Of a stretch of 63,824 bases of DNA, positions 54,811-63,821 are shown piece by piece (the stretch's first letter is position 1; every line of letters starts with the position of its first letter). The stretch is from positions 1 to 63,824 of IMG/VR virus record IMGVR_UViG_3300037119_005132; one strand, 5' to 3'. This stretch comes from a virus (taxonomy: Duplodnaviria; Caudoviricetes). A program made the position numbers and the translations under genes. The notes beneath the pieces were generated by a model that was not told the DNA's origin, made no database searches, and worked only from the letters and a program-made list of their open reading frames with translations.

Positions 54811-56636
54811 CAGATGCTCGCGGGGTACTCGAGACGCATCAGCGCGAGGTGTTCGCGCAGCAGCTGCCGGTCAGGACGCTTGCGGAGGGTCAAGAGCGTC
54901 CGAGTGTAGCCGTCGAGGGCTCGATTGAGGGTGTCGGTGTCGCTGGGAAGGTCGAATTGCCCCGTACAGGCCCAGGCATCGTCGAGAACGGCCGTGATTT
55001 CGGCCTCAGAGAGCGCCGGCATCCGCAGATAGAGCTCCGCGGCGCTGGTCTTGGGCGGGATGTGCCCGTTGACCCGGTTCTTGAGCCGGTTCCCGGCCCT
55101 CTCGAGCGCCCGGAACACCAGGATCTCGCTGCCGGCGACCAGTTCGTCGGGGACTTCGCCGTCGTTCGGCGCCCCGCGGGTCGGGTGATTGAGGATCGAC
55201 GGCGTCGGCCGGTCCTCGTGGGTCTCCTCGGCGTGCTCGACGGGTGCGGCGACGGGCACGCCGAGAAGGGCGAGGCCCTGTGCGACGAGTTCGGGGGTGG
55301 TCTGGCCTTCGGCGAGCTTGACGGTGAGCCACTCGGTGCGCTCCTTCTCGCCCATCACGTCGGTCTCGTCGAATCCGTTCTCGCGGACGACGGCTTCCTT
55401 GCTCAGCACGCCCCGGTCGTAGAGCTCCATCGCCTCCTTGGAGCGGTTCGGCCGCAGGCGGAGGTCCGCGGTGTCCGCCGCGATGGCGTAGTCCTCGACC
55501 TCGTCCTCCGACATGCCCAGACCGAGCAGCACCGGGCGAAGGTAGCCCACGGTGAGCGACGAGGTGATGACCTTGAGCAGCGGCTCGGAGTGCGACTTGA
55601 TCGCGGCCTCGTCAATCTGCCAGGCGGCCCAGTGGTTGGTGTCGGCGGTGCCGGTGAGCACCTCGGGGGGCATGTCGAGGCCCAGCGCCAGGCGACGGAT
55701 GGCCTCCTGGCGGAGCTCGATGGCGTGCGCATCGAGGTCGGTCCAGAACTTGAGGAACTGCACCTTGTCGATGTACTCGCCGTCGACCTGCGTGACGATC
55801 GGCACCTTCGCCGAGGCGTCGCTGGGGTCGTCGATCGCGATGGACGCGATCTCCACCAGCAGGTCGGCGAACGCCTGCGCCGGGTTCGCGACCTGCGTGG
55901 CGACCGGCTCGGCATCCGGGTCGCCCGGATTCAGCTTGCGCGAGGGGAGCGTGGGGAACGAGAACTGCGACGGCAGGATCAGCAGGCCCGCGGAGGTGAG
56001 TCGGGATTCCAGCTGCGCGGCGACGTGCATGGTGAGCCGCTCGATCTCACTGAGGATCGGCAGCACCGCGCGCGACGGGCTGGTGGAGATCTTCGGCTTG
56101 CGCGGATGTGGCCGCCAGATCCTGATCACCATTGAGTCGGCGGTGTCGGCCTCGATCTTGTCGCTGCCGGTGCCGATCTGGAAGGTGGTGTCGCCCTTCC
56201 GGGTGATCTCGGTGGCCGCGATCACGAACCAGTCGTCGTCGCCATCCTCGTCCAGGCCGATGATGAACGCCTCGCCGGCGACGGTGAACTGGATCCCGAG
56301 CATTCGCAGCATCTCGGCCTGGCCCTCGGGTCCGCCGAACAGCGCGGCCATCGCCTCGGTGACGAGGTCGTGCTGTGAAGGCTGACCATCGGGGCCGACG
56401 ACGTAAAGCGTGGCTTTACTGAGCAGGTTGCCCACCCAGTCGACGCCGTAGCGGTACTCGCCGATGGTGTCGTAGAAGTCCCACGCGGCGTTCTGCCATG
56501 CTTCGCCGGCAGCCTTGCCGTTCTTCCCCGACCAGTTGCGATTCGCCTTGCCGATCGTGTAGTTCTTGGCGGCAGCGACGAAGCCGGTCTGTGGAACGGC
56601 GAGGACTTCGGATCGGAATGGCGTCCCCCGTGGCAT
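54810..56636 (-). CDS. Portal protein (608 aa)
   Basis: WQ..AWD.YD.IGE, V.GE, RIWRPHP, RLA.GLD.PPE.L.G, NHW. Confidence 0.92.
   Translation of the reverse strand: MPRGTPFRSEVLAVPQTGFVAAAKNYTIGKANRNWSGKNGKAAGEAWQNAAWDFYDTIGEYRYGVDWVGNLLSKATLYVVGPDGQPSQHDLVTEAMAALFGGPEGQAEMLRMLGIQFTVAGEAFIIGLDEDGDDDWFVIAATEITRKGDTTFQIGTGSDKIEADTADSMVIRIWRPHPRKPKISTSPSRAVLPILSEIERLTMHVAAQLESRLTSAGLLILPSQFSFPTLPSRKLNPGDPDAEPVATQVANPAQAFADLLVEIASIAIDDPSDASAKVPIVTQVDGEYIDKVQFLKFWTDLDAHAIELRQEAIRRLALGLDMPPEVLTGTADTNHWAAWQIDEAAIKSHSEPLLKVITSSLTVGYLRPVLLGLGMSEDEVEDYAIAADTADLRLRPNRSKEAMELYDRGVLSKEAVVRENGFDETDVMGEKERTEWLTVKLAEGQTTPELVAQGLALLGVPVAAPVEHAEETHEDRPTPSILNHPTRGAPNDGEVPDELVAGSEILVFRALERAGNRLKNRVNGHIPPKTSAAELYLRMPALSEAEITAVLDDAWACTGQFDLPSDTDTLNRALDGYTRTLLTLRKRPDRQLLREHLALMRLEYPASI
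56403..56419. promoter_or_regulatory. GTAAAG-N5-CTTTAC site inside portal gene
   Basis: Perfect arms; encoded by rare codons AGT AAA ... CTT. Confidence 0.55.
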
Positions 56637-56725
56637 TGGGCCCCCTCGGCGCTCAGATGGGAGCGCGGCGTCAGCGCGCTCCTCTGAGGCCGAATCCTAG
56701 CGCGCGGTCGGCCGAACCGACCAGG

Positions 56726-57076
56726 CTACTCGTCGCGACCCTGGTCGAAGTGCACGTACTGGCTCGTCCAGTAGCTCAGCGCGAGCCACCCCCAGAACAG
56801 CCACCACGCCCAGCCGAGCCACGGTGCGACGAAGCTGGCGAGGAACGAGATCACCGCGATCAGGGTGATCCACGGTCCCATGCACCACGGACAGTGCAGC
56901 AGCTTGGCCCACGGCCCGTCGTGGGTGACGGTGTCCCACCAGATGCGCAGCTTGATCGCCGGTGGGTAGTCGTCGTAGACCAGCACGCGGGTCAGTCGGG
57001 CCGAGCCGACGACGGTCACGATCACCGCGAGCACCGCCACCCACCAGGGCAGCAGGGTGAAGCCGGTGTAGATCAT
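56726..57076 (-). CDS. DUF1360-like membrane protein (holin candidate)
   Basis: RLTR....D, LL.CPWC..W; three TM segments. Confidence 0.75.
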   Translation of the reverse strand: MIYTGFTLLPWWVAVLAVIVTVVGSARLTRVLVYDDYPPAIKLRIWWDTVTHDGPWAKLLHCPWCMGPWITLIAVISFLASFVAPWLGWAWWLFWGWLALSYWTSQYVHFDQGRDE

Positions 57077-57318
57077 CTCTTGGTCCCCTCGTACTCGAAG
57101 ACGACGTAGCCGCCCTTGCTCAGTCTGTTCCGCCGGACGTAGACGTGGATCTCCGTCCTCGCCGGCAGCGCGGCGTCAGCCGGGCTGCCCATCGTCGGCG
57201 GGAAGCCCTCGAGCGGGACACGATAGCCGAAGCCGCGCGCCATCACCTCGCGCCGATTGCCGTCCCACGGCCCGCCGAAGAACTCGGCCAGCACGGTCTT
57301 GAGCTCGTCGGTCATCAT
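57073..57318 (-). CDS. Hypothetical protein (81 aa)
   Basis: FFGGP.DG motif. Confidence 0.7.
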   Translation of the reverse strand: MMTDELKTVLAEFFGGPWDGNRREVMARGFGYRVPLEGFPPTMGSPADAALPARTEIHVYVRRNRLSKGGYVVFEYEGTKR

Positions 57319-58703
57319 CGCCCCCGCCGCCACGGCATCCGGGGGCGGCCGTCGTCGCCGCCGACTCGACCGCGCGGCATCCCGACCTGCAGCGCGCCGC
57401 CGCCCTTGAGCAGGAGCTCGGTGAAGACCCAGACCAGCGCGTCCACGCGGTTCGGCGACGGGTCGTTGGACTCCGGCACCCAGGTGGTCTGCTCGTCCTC
57501 GAGATCGCTGAGACCGGGGAAGTGCTTCACCAGGTGCTGCTCGTACTTCGAGACGATCGGTTCGGCGCGGACCTTCTTGCCGCGGGTCGCGACCACCTCG
57601 ATGATGCGGCCGGTGAAGCCGGCCGCCTTGAGCGTGGCCTTCACCATGTCGCCGCCGTAGTTGCGCTCGACCACGATGGCGTCGGCCGAGTACTTCTCAT
57701 AGAGCGCGATGGCCCGGCGAGCCCAGGCGTCCGGCGAGTAGGTGCCGGTGGCGTCCTCGATCGCGTAGCCGACGCCTCCCGCGATGCCGCCGACGACGAT
57801 GCCGGTCTCGTCGCTGGTGCGCTTCACGGATCCCGCCGGGTCGATGCCGACCACGATGCGATCCATCTGCTCGATGGGGATCGACTCGTACTCGATCATC
57901 GCCATCGCCCACAGCGCGCCCTCGACGTCCTCGAGGATCTCGCCGTGGAGTTCCTGCCGGCCGAGCCGGGTGCCCTCGTAGCGGGAGAGGATCACCTGCG
58001 CCGTGGAGGGCGCCAGGTTCTTGAGGTTCGCGTAGGTGGACACGCGCGCGAGGCGCGAGTTCGGCTCGGCGATGCGGGTCTTCATCCACTTCGTCGGCAG
58101 CGGCGTGGTGGTCAGCAGGATGTGCGGCCGGCGCCCCTTGCGCAGTCCGAGCAGCGCCATGTCCCAGACCTCCTGGATCTTCGGGAAGTGCGCGGGCTCA
58201 TCGAACCACAGGAAGCCGTGCTGCGGACCACGGAGACGGTCGGGCTCCTCGGCGCTGAACACGCGCGCGATCGCGCCGTTCGGCAGCGAGATGCGGCGCT
58301 TCGTCGGCTCGTACCGGACCTTCTCGCCGTAGCGCTCGAAGACGCGGATGATCCCGGAGTCGGGATCCTCGATCATGACGTCGCGCACGGCGGTCGCGGT
58401 CTGGCCGATGAGGCTGATCTGCTGGATCTGCTTGCTGGCCTGCCGGGTGTACTCCGACCCGGTGCGGGTCTTGCCGCTGCCGCGGCCGCCCATCTGGATC
58501 CACGTGAACCAGTCGGTGCCGGGCGGCGGCCACTGGTCGGCGCGCGCGTGCTGCCAGGGGAAGCCCTCGTGCGGCTCGCCGTCGCAGACGCGCCCGCGCG
58601 TGCAGTAGAACGCTTCGAGGTGCATCGACTCGCGCGCCTTGTAGCGCTTGAGCACCTCGGCGCGCGCCGCCGGCGTGAGGTTCGAGAGGTCGGGAAGGGC
58701 CAT
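57315..58703 (-). CDS. terL: Terminase large subunit (462 aa)
   Basis: GGRGSGKT, LRGPQ, FDE, TTTP, GIDP, VE.N.GG, SP.R.DALVW. Confidence 0.96.
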   Translation of the reverse strand: MALPDLSNLTPAARAEVLKRYKARESMHLEAFYCTRGRVCDGEPHEGFPWQHARADQWPPPGTDWFTWIQMGGRGSGKTRTGSEYTRQASKQIQQISLIGQTATAVRDVMIEDPDSGIIRVFERYGEKVRYEPTKRRISLPNGAIARVFSAEEPDRLRGPQHGFLWFDEPAHFPKIQEVWDMALLGLRKGRRPHILLTTTPLPTKWMKTRIAEPNSRLARVSTYANLKNLAPSTAQVILSRYEGTRLGRQELHGEILEDVEGALWAMAMIEYESIPIEQMDRIVVGIDPAGSVKRTSDETGIVVGGIAGGVGYAIEDATGTYSPDAWARRAIALYEKYSADAIVVERNYGGDMVKATLKAAGFTGRIIEVVATRGKKVRAEPIVSKYEQHLVKHFPGLSDLEDEQTTWVPESNDPSPNRVDALVWVFTELLLKGGGALQVGMPRGRVGGDDGRPRMPWRRGR

Positions 58704-59044
58704 CAGCACTCCTCGAGTCCGGTGATGCACCACGGCCCGAACCCGGCGCCGGCGAGGAACTGCCGCTGCCGGAACAGCCCGGTCTCGTCGAAGTGCGTGA
58801 CGAACGGCTCCTCAGCCATCACGAACGACCAGGGCAGCTGCAGGTCGTGCGCGGCGAACGCGACGATCGCGCGACGGGCGTAGCTCTGCATCGCCAGGTC
58901 GCGGAACTGCGCCGCGGCGAACAGCAGCTTGCGCTGCTGCGGCGTGGTGTAGATCGTGACCTGGTCGTAGTTCGGGTTCGAGCGAGCGGCCTTGGCGCGG
59001 AGCTCGCTCTCGAGGATGTCCCAGCCCTCGGACTCGTCAGCCAC
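58703..59044 (-). CDS. Hypothetical protein, RHH-like (113 aa)
   Basis: L..AA..R.LAM..Y.RRA; coupled to terminase. Confidence 0.7.
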   Translation of the reverse strand: MADESEGWDILESELRAKAARSNPNYDQVTIYTTPQQRKLLFAAAQFRDLAMQSYARRAIVAFAAHDLQLPWSFVMAEEPFVTHFDETGLFRQRQFLAGAGFGPWCITGLEEC

Positions 59045-59711
59045 TGCTCTCGTCCTCGACCTCGATCACGTCGAGGACGAGGACGTCTTCGGCCTCGGCG
59101 ACGGAGCGCCCGGATGCCTGCTCGAGCGCGCGCACGATGTTGTCGAGCTCCTCGGACTCGGGCGAGATCAGCCGCAGCTGCGCCGCGGCCTGGGCGCCGG
59201 AGATGCGAGCGAGCACCTCGACGTCCTGGCGGAGCTCCTTGTGCCAGGCGAGCCGGGACTCGTTGGCGTAGCGGTTGCCGTCGGCGTCCTCGAAGTAGTC
59301 GGCGCTGGCGAACTCGATGGACCGCCGCAGCGAGTCCTCCATCGTGCCGATCAGGATCTGCCGCATCACCTCGACGGTCTCCGGCTTGCCCTCGACGGAG
59401 GCGATGAAGCCGGCGATCGCGCCACGAACGTGCTCGGCCGACGGATAGTCGAGGAGCTCGGCGATCTCCTGCGGCGGGATCGAGCGCTTGCGCATCACGT
59501 AGGCGGCGTAGGCGCGCTTGGACGGGTTGGTCGCGTTGCGGATCAGCGTCGGCATGTCGATCTGCGACTGCGGCAGCGTCGGGATCGCGACGCGGACGAT
59601 CTTCTTCTGCTCGACCGGCGCCTCGTTCTTCGCGCGCGTCTTCGGCTTCTTGCCGGGGACGAAGGTGATGACGTTGCTGGGCGGCTGGGTGTCGTCGCTG
59701 TCGTCGCTCAT
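59037..59711 (-). CDS. Putative terminase small subunit (224 aa)
   Basis: HTH (EIAE.L.Y) and A.I.G.QA; upstream of terL. Confidence 0.55.
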   Translation of the reverse strand: MSDDSDDTQPPSNVITFVPGKKPKTRAKNEAPVEQKKIVRVAIPTLPQSQIDMPTLIRNATNPSKRAYAAYVMRKRSIPPQEIAELLDYPSAEHVRGAIAGFIASVEGKPETVEVMRQILIGTMEDSLRRSIEFASADYFEDADGNRYANESRLAWHKELRQDVEVLARISGAQAAAQLRLISPESEELDNIVRALEQASGRSVAEAEDVLVLDVIEVEDESSG

Positions 59712-59875
59712 TCGATCCCCCGCTCCTTGCAGTCGCGGTCGATCAGGCTGCGGATGTACTCACCTCGCGAGGGGTGACCCTGCTGTGCGCGGGCGATCCG
59801 CTCGACCTCGAAGCCGGCAGCGCGGAAGACCACTTGGTGGTTCCTGACCACCCCGATCCTCGGCTGGTACGGCAC
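59708..59875 (-). CDS. Small RHH-like DNA-binding protein (55 aa), leaderless
   Basis: QVVFR...SRGEYIRSLIDRD; TACGCT 6 nt before GTG; ATGA overlap downstream; not in ORF track. Confidence 0.65.
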   Translation of the reverse strand: MPYQPRIGVVRNHQVVFRAAGFEVERIARAQQGHPSRGEYIRSLIDRDCKERGIE

Positions 59876-59898
59876 GCGGGAAGCGTATCACCACACCC

Positions 59899-60123
59899 TC
59901 AGCTGTTGAGGGGAACCTCGAGCCTGTCGGCCATCGCGCGCAGCGCGGTGGGCAGATCCAGGCTGGCGACCATCGTCGCCTCTGCGGCGGCCTCGGTGTC
60001 GACGGCGCGGTCGATCGGGCGCAGCTTCACGTCGACCTCGACGGTGCCGATCTCGTTCTGCACCGTCGAGCCGTCGACCTGGGCGAAGAGGCGGAGCTTG
60101 ACGACGCTGCCGATGGTGGCCAT
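59899..60123 (-). CDS. Hypothetical protein (74 aa)
   Basis: ALRAMADRLE motif; TGATG coupling. Confidence 0.75.
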   Translation of the reverse strand: MATIGSVVKLRLFAQVDGSTVQNEIGTVEVDVKLRPIDRAVDTEAAAEATMVASLDLPTALRAMADRLEVPLNS

Positions 60124-60356
60124 CAGTCATGTCCAATCGCCACGAGCATTTCGGTCACCGTCACGTCGCTCGGATCCAGGTTCGGCTCGGCCACGCACGC
60201 CGCGCGCACCGCCGCCCAGTACAGCACCCGGCGCGGGAGTGCCCATGCGATCTTGATCGCCAGCCACTCGTCCCAGGTCCGACGCCACCGCTCGCGCAGC
60301 GCCATGCCCGGCAGGGTCCAGATCGTCGTCAGCTTCACGAGTCCCACCGCCCCCAT
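60123..60356 (-). CDS. Hypothetical protein (~77 aa)
   Basis: IAW.LPRR..YWA motif; start uncertain. Confidence 0.65.
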   Translation of the reverse strand: MGAVGLVKLTTIWTLPGMALRERWRRTWDEWLAIKIAWALPRRVLYWAAVRAACVAEPNLDPSDVTVTEMLVAIGHD

Positions 60357-61555
60357 GACTCGACGCTGCTGGCGGCTCGATCGACACCCTCCTTGAAGCC
60401 GTTCAGGAACGCGCGGCGGAGGCGGTCCTCGATTGGCTCCTCGGCCTGGGTCGTCTCGCCCTCGCCCTCCTCGCCCCAGCCGTACTCGTCGCGCACCTTG
60501 TCGTGCCACTCGTGCAGGTCAGGGCTGAACGCGCTCTCCTCAGTGAGATCCTGGTGCTCGACACCGTAGGTAGCGGCGATGTGCTCCTCAGTCTGCGACG
60601 ACAGCTGGCGGATCACCGCCTCGCGCTCCTCCTGCGCGCGGCGCACCTTGATCCGTTCGAGGTCGCGGTCCCACATCACCGCCGAGTCGTGGTCGCCGCC
60701 AGCGCAGATGGCGCGCGAGCGTGGGGTGTAGTGCGTGTGCTCCTCCTGGTCGGTGACCCGCTCGTCCGCGGCGCCCTCGAGCGCGAGCCGCACCAGTTCG
60801 CGGAGCGCGTCGACCCGCACCTGGACCGCACCATCGGGCCCGGCCTCGTTCGCGACCTCGGCGATCCGGCCGATGTCCTCGACGGTGAGGTGGAACGGCT
60901 CATCAGTGGCGACGGCAGGCACCTCGACGGTCGCCTTGATCACCGGCTCGTCCCACGGACTGGGGCGGAGGTCGGTCGCGACGTTGAACGGGCTGCCGAG
61001 CAGCACGTTCGCCACCGTGGTGAGCGTGTCGGCGTCCAGGCTGAGGTGCCCGAGGTAGCGCACCCGCTCTGCGACGTACTCGCGCCACTCCTGGGCCAGC
61101 ACCTCCCAGTCCTCCGGCGCCTCATCCTCCGGCTCGGTCTCGCCGGTCCAGGTGTCGCTGACGATCCCGCCCTCCGGGACCGTGCCGTCGAAGTACTGCG
61201 GCTCCTCCTCGGGCAGGATGAGCACGCCGAACTTCTGGCCCTGCTCGGTCTGCTGGGCCTCGATGATCTCGTGGGGCATCGGGTTGCCGCGCAGGATCAC
61301 CGGGATCCGCGAGAACTGGTACGCCGGCGCCGGGTTCGGCACCTCGTTCACGCGCTCGGTGATCGGCGGCGGGGTGAGGTCGAACTTGTCGCGGTCAGTC
61401 ATGGTGGTCTCCTCGTCGGTCTGCCACTCGGTGCAGTCGGGGTCGCTGCACCAGCAGCCCCAGTGGTGGAAGTTGTCGCCGAACGCCGGGCCGTTGCCGT
61501 CGACCGTCAGGCCGATGCGCTGGTGCTTCGGGATCGGGATCATCGGGGTGCTCAT
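60335..61555 (-). CDS. Acidic mosaic hypothetical protein (406 aa)
   Basis: ATGA overlap at 61555; second strong start at 61402. Confidence 0.75.
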   Translation of the reverse strand: MSTPMIPIPKHQRIGLTVDGNGPAFGDNFHHWGCWCSDPDCTEWQTDEETTMTDRDKFDLTPPPITERVNEVPNPAPAYQFSRIPVILRGNPMPHEIIEAQQTEQGQKFGVLILPEEEPQYFDGTVPEGGIVSDTWTGETEPEDEAPEDWEVLAQEWREYVAERVRYLGHLSLDADTLTTVANVLLGSPFNVATDLRPSPWDEPVIKATVEVPAVATDEPFHLTVEDIGRIAEVANEAGPDGAVQVRVDALRELVRLALEGAADERVTDQEEHTHYTPRSRAICAGGDHDSAVMWDRDLERIKVRRAQEEREAVIRQLSSQTEEHIAATYGVEHQDLTEESAFSPDLHEWHDKVRDEYGWGEEGEGETTQAEEPIEDRLRRAFLNGFKEGVDRAASSVESWGRWDS

Positions 61556-61707
61556 GACAGCCTCTCGATCAGTCGGGTCAGGTGCGCGGTCTCCGCGTCG
61601 GTGTGCAGGTGCTCGTCGCGCGCGGACCGCAGCGCCGTGACGATGACGGCGCAGTCGCGCTCGGTGAAGACGACGAGGGTCTGGGCGCGCGGCGCGACGT
61701 CGGTCAT
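61552..61707 (-). CDS. Hypothetical protein (51 aa)
   Basis: RBS GGAGGTG. Confidence 0.7.
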   Translation of the reverse strand: MTDVAPRAQTLVVFTERDCAVIVTALRSARDEHLHTDAETAHLTRLIERLS

Positions 61708-62057
61708 GCGGTCCACCTCCGGGTCTCGATACCCGCGTTCTCGGCGAGGTCGGCGCACATCGTCGCGCCACGCGACTCGGCGCGGATGAACGCGATGCAC
61801 AGGTCGACGCCGGAGGCCACCATCTCAGCGTTGCGACGGAAGCCCGCGGGCTTGCCGTAGCGCTTCCAGTCCGCCGGGTGCGCCTCGGCTTCGCCGCCCC
61901 AGCTGGTGTGGATCTCCGCCGCGATCAGGTCGGCGCCTCTCGCGCCGCCGTGCACCAGGGTGAACGGGCCAACCTCGCCGGCGACGACCGCCAGCGCTGC
62001 GGCGATGACGGGAGCGTCGTCCCAGTCCCGCGACCCGGTGACGAGCACGCGCGTCAT
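61704..62057 (-). CDS. SLOG-family (DUF2493/DprA-like) protein (117 aa)
   Basis: RVLVTGSRDW, VHGGARGAD, PADW..YG..AG..RN.EM, SRG. Confidence 0.88.
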   Translation of the reverse strand: MTRVLVTGSRDWDDAPVIAAALAVVAGEVGPFTLVHGGARGADLIAAEIHTSWGGEAEAHPADWKRYGKPAGFRRNAEMVASGVDLCIAFIRAESRGATMCADLAENAGIETRRWTA

Positions 62058-62347
62058 CGGGTGTCCTCGAGACGTGCGCGCGGGCTGTCGAGCTCGGGCT
62101 TGGCGAACGGGTCCGGGCCCATCCACATGTTGATCCGGTCGGCCGTGCCGGTCGCCTCCACCTCGTAGTGGTCGAGCGTCGGGGGTGCCACGAACCAGAC
62201 GCGACGGTCTGCGAGCTCGGGGTCGAATACGACCGCCGTGAGGGTGACGGTGACCGCGGTGAGGTGCACCGCCATCGTGACGCCGTTCTGGCGGATCAGC
62301 AGCACGCCCTCGGTCGAGGCGAACTGCGTGGGGGGCTGGGTGCTCAC
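62054..62347 (-). CDS. Hypothetical protein (97 aa)
   Basis: GTGA overlap. Confidence 0.65.
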   Translation of the reverse strand: MSTQPPTQFASTEGVLLIRQNGVTMAVHLTAVTVTLTAVVFDPELADRRVWFVAPPTLDHYEVEATGTADRINMWMGPDPFAKPELDSPRARLEDTR

Positions 62348-62511
62348 GCCAGCACCGCCCGGTTCGGGGTCTTGTGCCCGCACCAACAGAGGACACCCAT
62401 CCGGTGATCGTGCTCCGGCCCGGACTCGTCGGCCTCGTGCTCGACCTCGACGTAGCTCCCCGGGAAGCCCTCGCCCTCGGTCGACGGGAACTGGGTGCGG
62501 TCGTTGGTCAT
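62344..62511 (-). CDS. Hypothetical protein (55 aa)
   Basis: RBS GAGGAG; H.H....CWC. Confidence 0.65.
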   Translation of the reverse strand: MTNDRTQFPSTEGEGFPGSYVEVEHEADESGPEHDHRMGVLCWCGHKTPNRAVLA

Positions 62512-62648
62512 GAGGTCTCCTCGCGCCGGCGAGGAATCGCGAAGAACTCCATCGGACAGCGGTCGAGCCCGGTCTCGAGGTGATACCAGGCGTGGCGGGC
62601 GGGGGCGTAGGCGATCGGCTGGCTGCAGTTCGCGCAGATCGTGCGCAT
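62508..62648 (-). CDS. Small Zn-binding protein (46 aa)
   Basis: CANC.QPI...W.H...C. Confidence 0.65.
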   Translation of the reverse strand: MRTICANCSQPIAYAPARHAWYHLETGLDRCPMEFFAIPRRREETS

Positions 62649-62920
62649 CACTCGCCCCGTCCCGGCCGCCAGCCAATGCGGGCCGCCGTCTTGAACTCGC
62701 TGAGACGTGTCAGCGCGACCTGGCGCTCCTCGCCGGATGCCGCGAGCTTGTGCCAGATCCGCGTCGCCTGCGCGCGGTCGCCGTCGAGGAGCGCCGTGCC
62801 GTAGCCGATGGCCCAGGCGCGGTCGATGGCGGGGTGATGCTCAAGACCCTGCGCGACGAACGCCGCGAACCAGTCCGCGACGGGGAACATCGCCTGGCGG
62901 ATGACGATCGGCCTCACCAC
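62648..62920 (-). CDS. Hypothetical protein (~90 aa)
   Basis: Coupled to neighbours. Confidence 0.65.
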   Translation of the reverse strand: MVRPIVIRQAMFPVADWFAAFVAQGLEHHPAIDRAWAIGYGTALLDGDRAQATRIWHKLAASGEERQVALTRLSEFKTAARIGWRPGRGE

Positions 62921-63363
62921 GCGGGGGCCTCCGTCGACTCAAGCGCCTCGGCCCAGTCTGCCTTCGAGCCGCGGAAGCCGTAGTGCGGATTCACGTACCA
63001 AGCCGTCGAGGAGATCTTGAACAGGAAGCGCCGCGCGCGCAGGTCGCGGATCGTCTTGTAGAGGAAGTTCCGGTCGAGGTTCAGCGCCAGCGCCATCTCC
63101 GTCGCCGTCATGCGCGCCCACGCTTGCTCCGGCGGGTTGTAGTCGCTGAGGACGAGCGCCAGTACGCGCTGCTCCGTCTGGTTCAGCGACTTCGGGGCCT
63201 TCTGAGCCGCCTCCATCTCGAGCATCACGTACATGACCTCTCCCTTCCCTGTCCGGCGCCGGCGCCGGGTCGGCTCCGGCCTGGTGTCGTAGATCTCGCC
63301 GTTCTCGTACACCTCCGCGACCTTGTGGCCCCGGGCCTGCCTGCTGGTCTTCGGCTCCGGCAT
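62914..63363 (-). CDS. RepL-like winged-helix DNA-binding protein (149 aa)
   Basis: RBS AGGAG; T..EMA..L.L.R..Y.TI..L; WYVNP..FRG. Confidence 0.72.
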   Translation of the reverse strand: MPEPKTSRQARGHKVAEVYENGEIYDTRPEPTRRRRRTGKGEVMYVMLEMEAAQKAPKSLNQTEQRVLALVLSDYNPPEQAWARMTATEMALALNLDRNFLYKTIRDLRARRFLFKISSTAWYVNPHYGFRGSKADWAEALESTEAPAW

Positions 63364-63401
63364 CGGGGCTCCTGATCGTAGTCGTCACATCTACGGAGTG
63401 A

Positions 63402-63415
63402 GTAGTGGCCACTAC
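63402..63415. promoter_or_regulatory. Perfect 14-bp palindrome upstream of RepL-like gene
   Basis: GTAGTGGCCACTAC overlapping a -10-like TAGCGT on -. Confidence 0.5.
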
Positions 63416-63605
63416 GCTACCTGATGTGTAGCCACTCCACCACTCTGAGAGGCACTTTGCCCTACTCCCGACTGGGATCGCGGCCCCTTGGGGGGCAGTT
63501 CTTGTATTGAGTATCTTTCTTCACCCTGTTCCCCCTCCTTGATCGTCACGGTCTTCGGTTCTTCTGCTCTTCCTCGCCATGACCCTTCGATTCCTGCCGA
63601 TGCAG

Positions 63606-63631
63606 AGCCCCCCGGCCTTCGCCGGGGGGCT
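63606..63631. terminator. GC hairpin near right end
   Basis: AGCCCCCCGGC-CTTC-GCCGGGGGGCT. Confidence 0.5.
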
Positions 63632-63712
63632 TCGTCATGTTCCGGTGCCGGCATACCTCTTGTGATGTATCCCATTACCCGAATGGAGACGCGGTTGTGC
63701 TCCAACCCGGGG

Positions 63713-63821
63713 TGCCTGGCCCCCCGCCCCCCGTTGAACCGTTTCAACAACGTGTGGGGGCCCTGTGGATAACTCTCACAGCAAGTTCCCAGGAAGCTGC
63801 GCGAAAGCCGCGAAATCACGC
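63713..63821 (+). repeat. Right copy of 109-bp terminal direct repeat
   Basis: Identical to 7-115; DnaA box at 63764-63772. Confidence 0.93.

Noticed and set aside
31053-61789. Long + strand ORFs in the right arm (e.g. 31053..33473, 39243..41915, 52129..54909) and long - strand ORFs in the left arm
   Set aside because: Antisense shadows typical of high-GC coding DNA; no motifs or RBS.
63412-63819. ORFs in the terminal regions (63412..63819, 70..282, 483..719)
   Set aside because: No codon bias or RBS; they overlap repeat and regulatory DNA.
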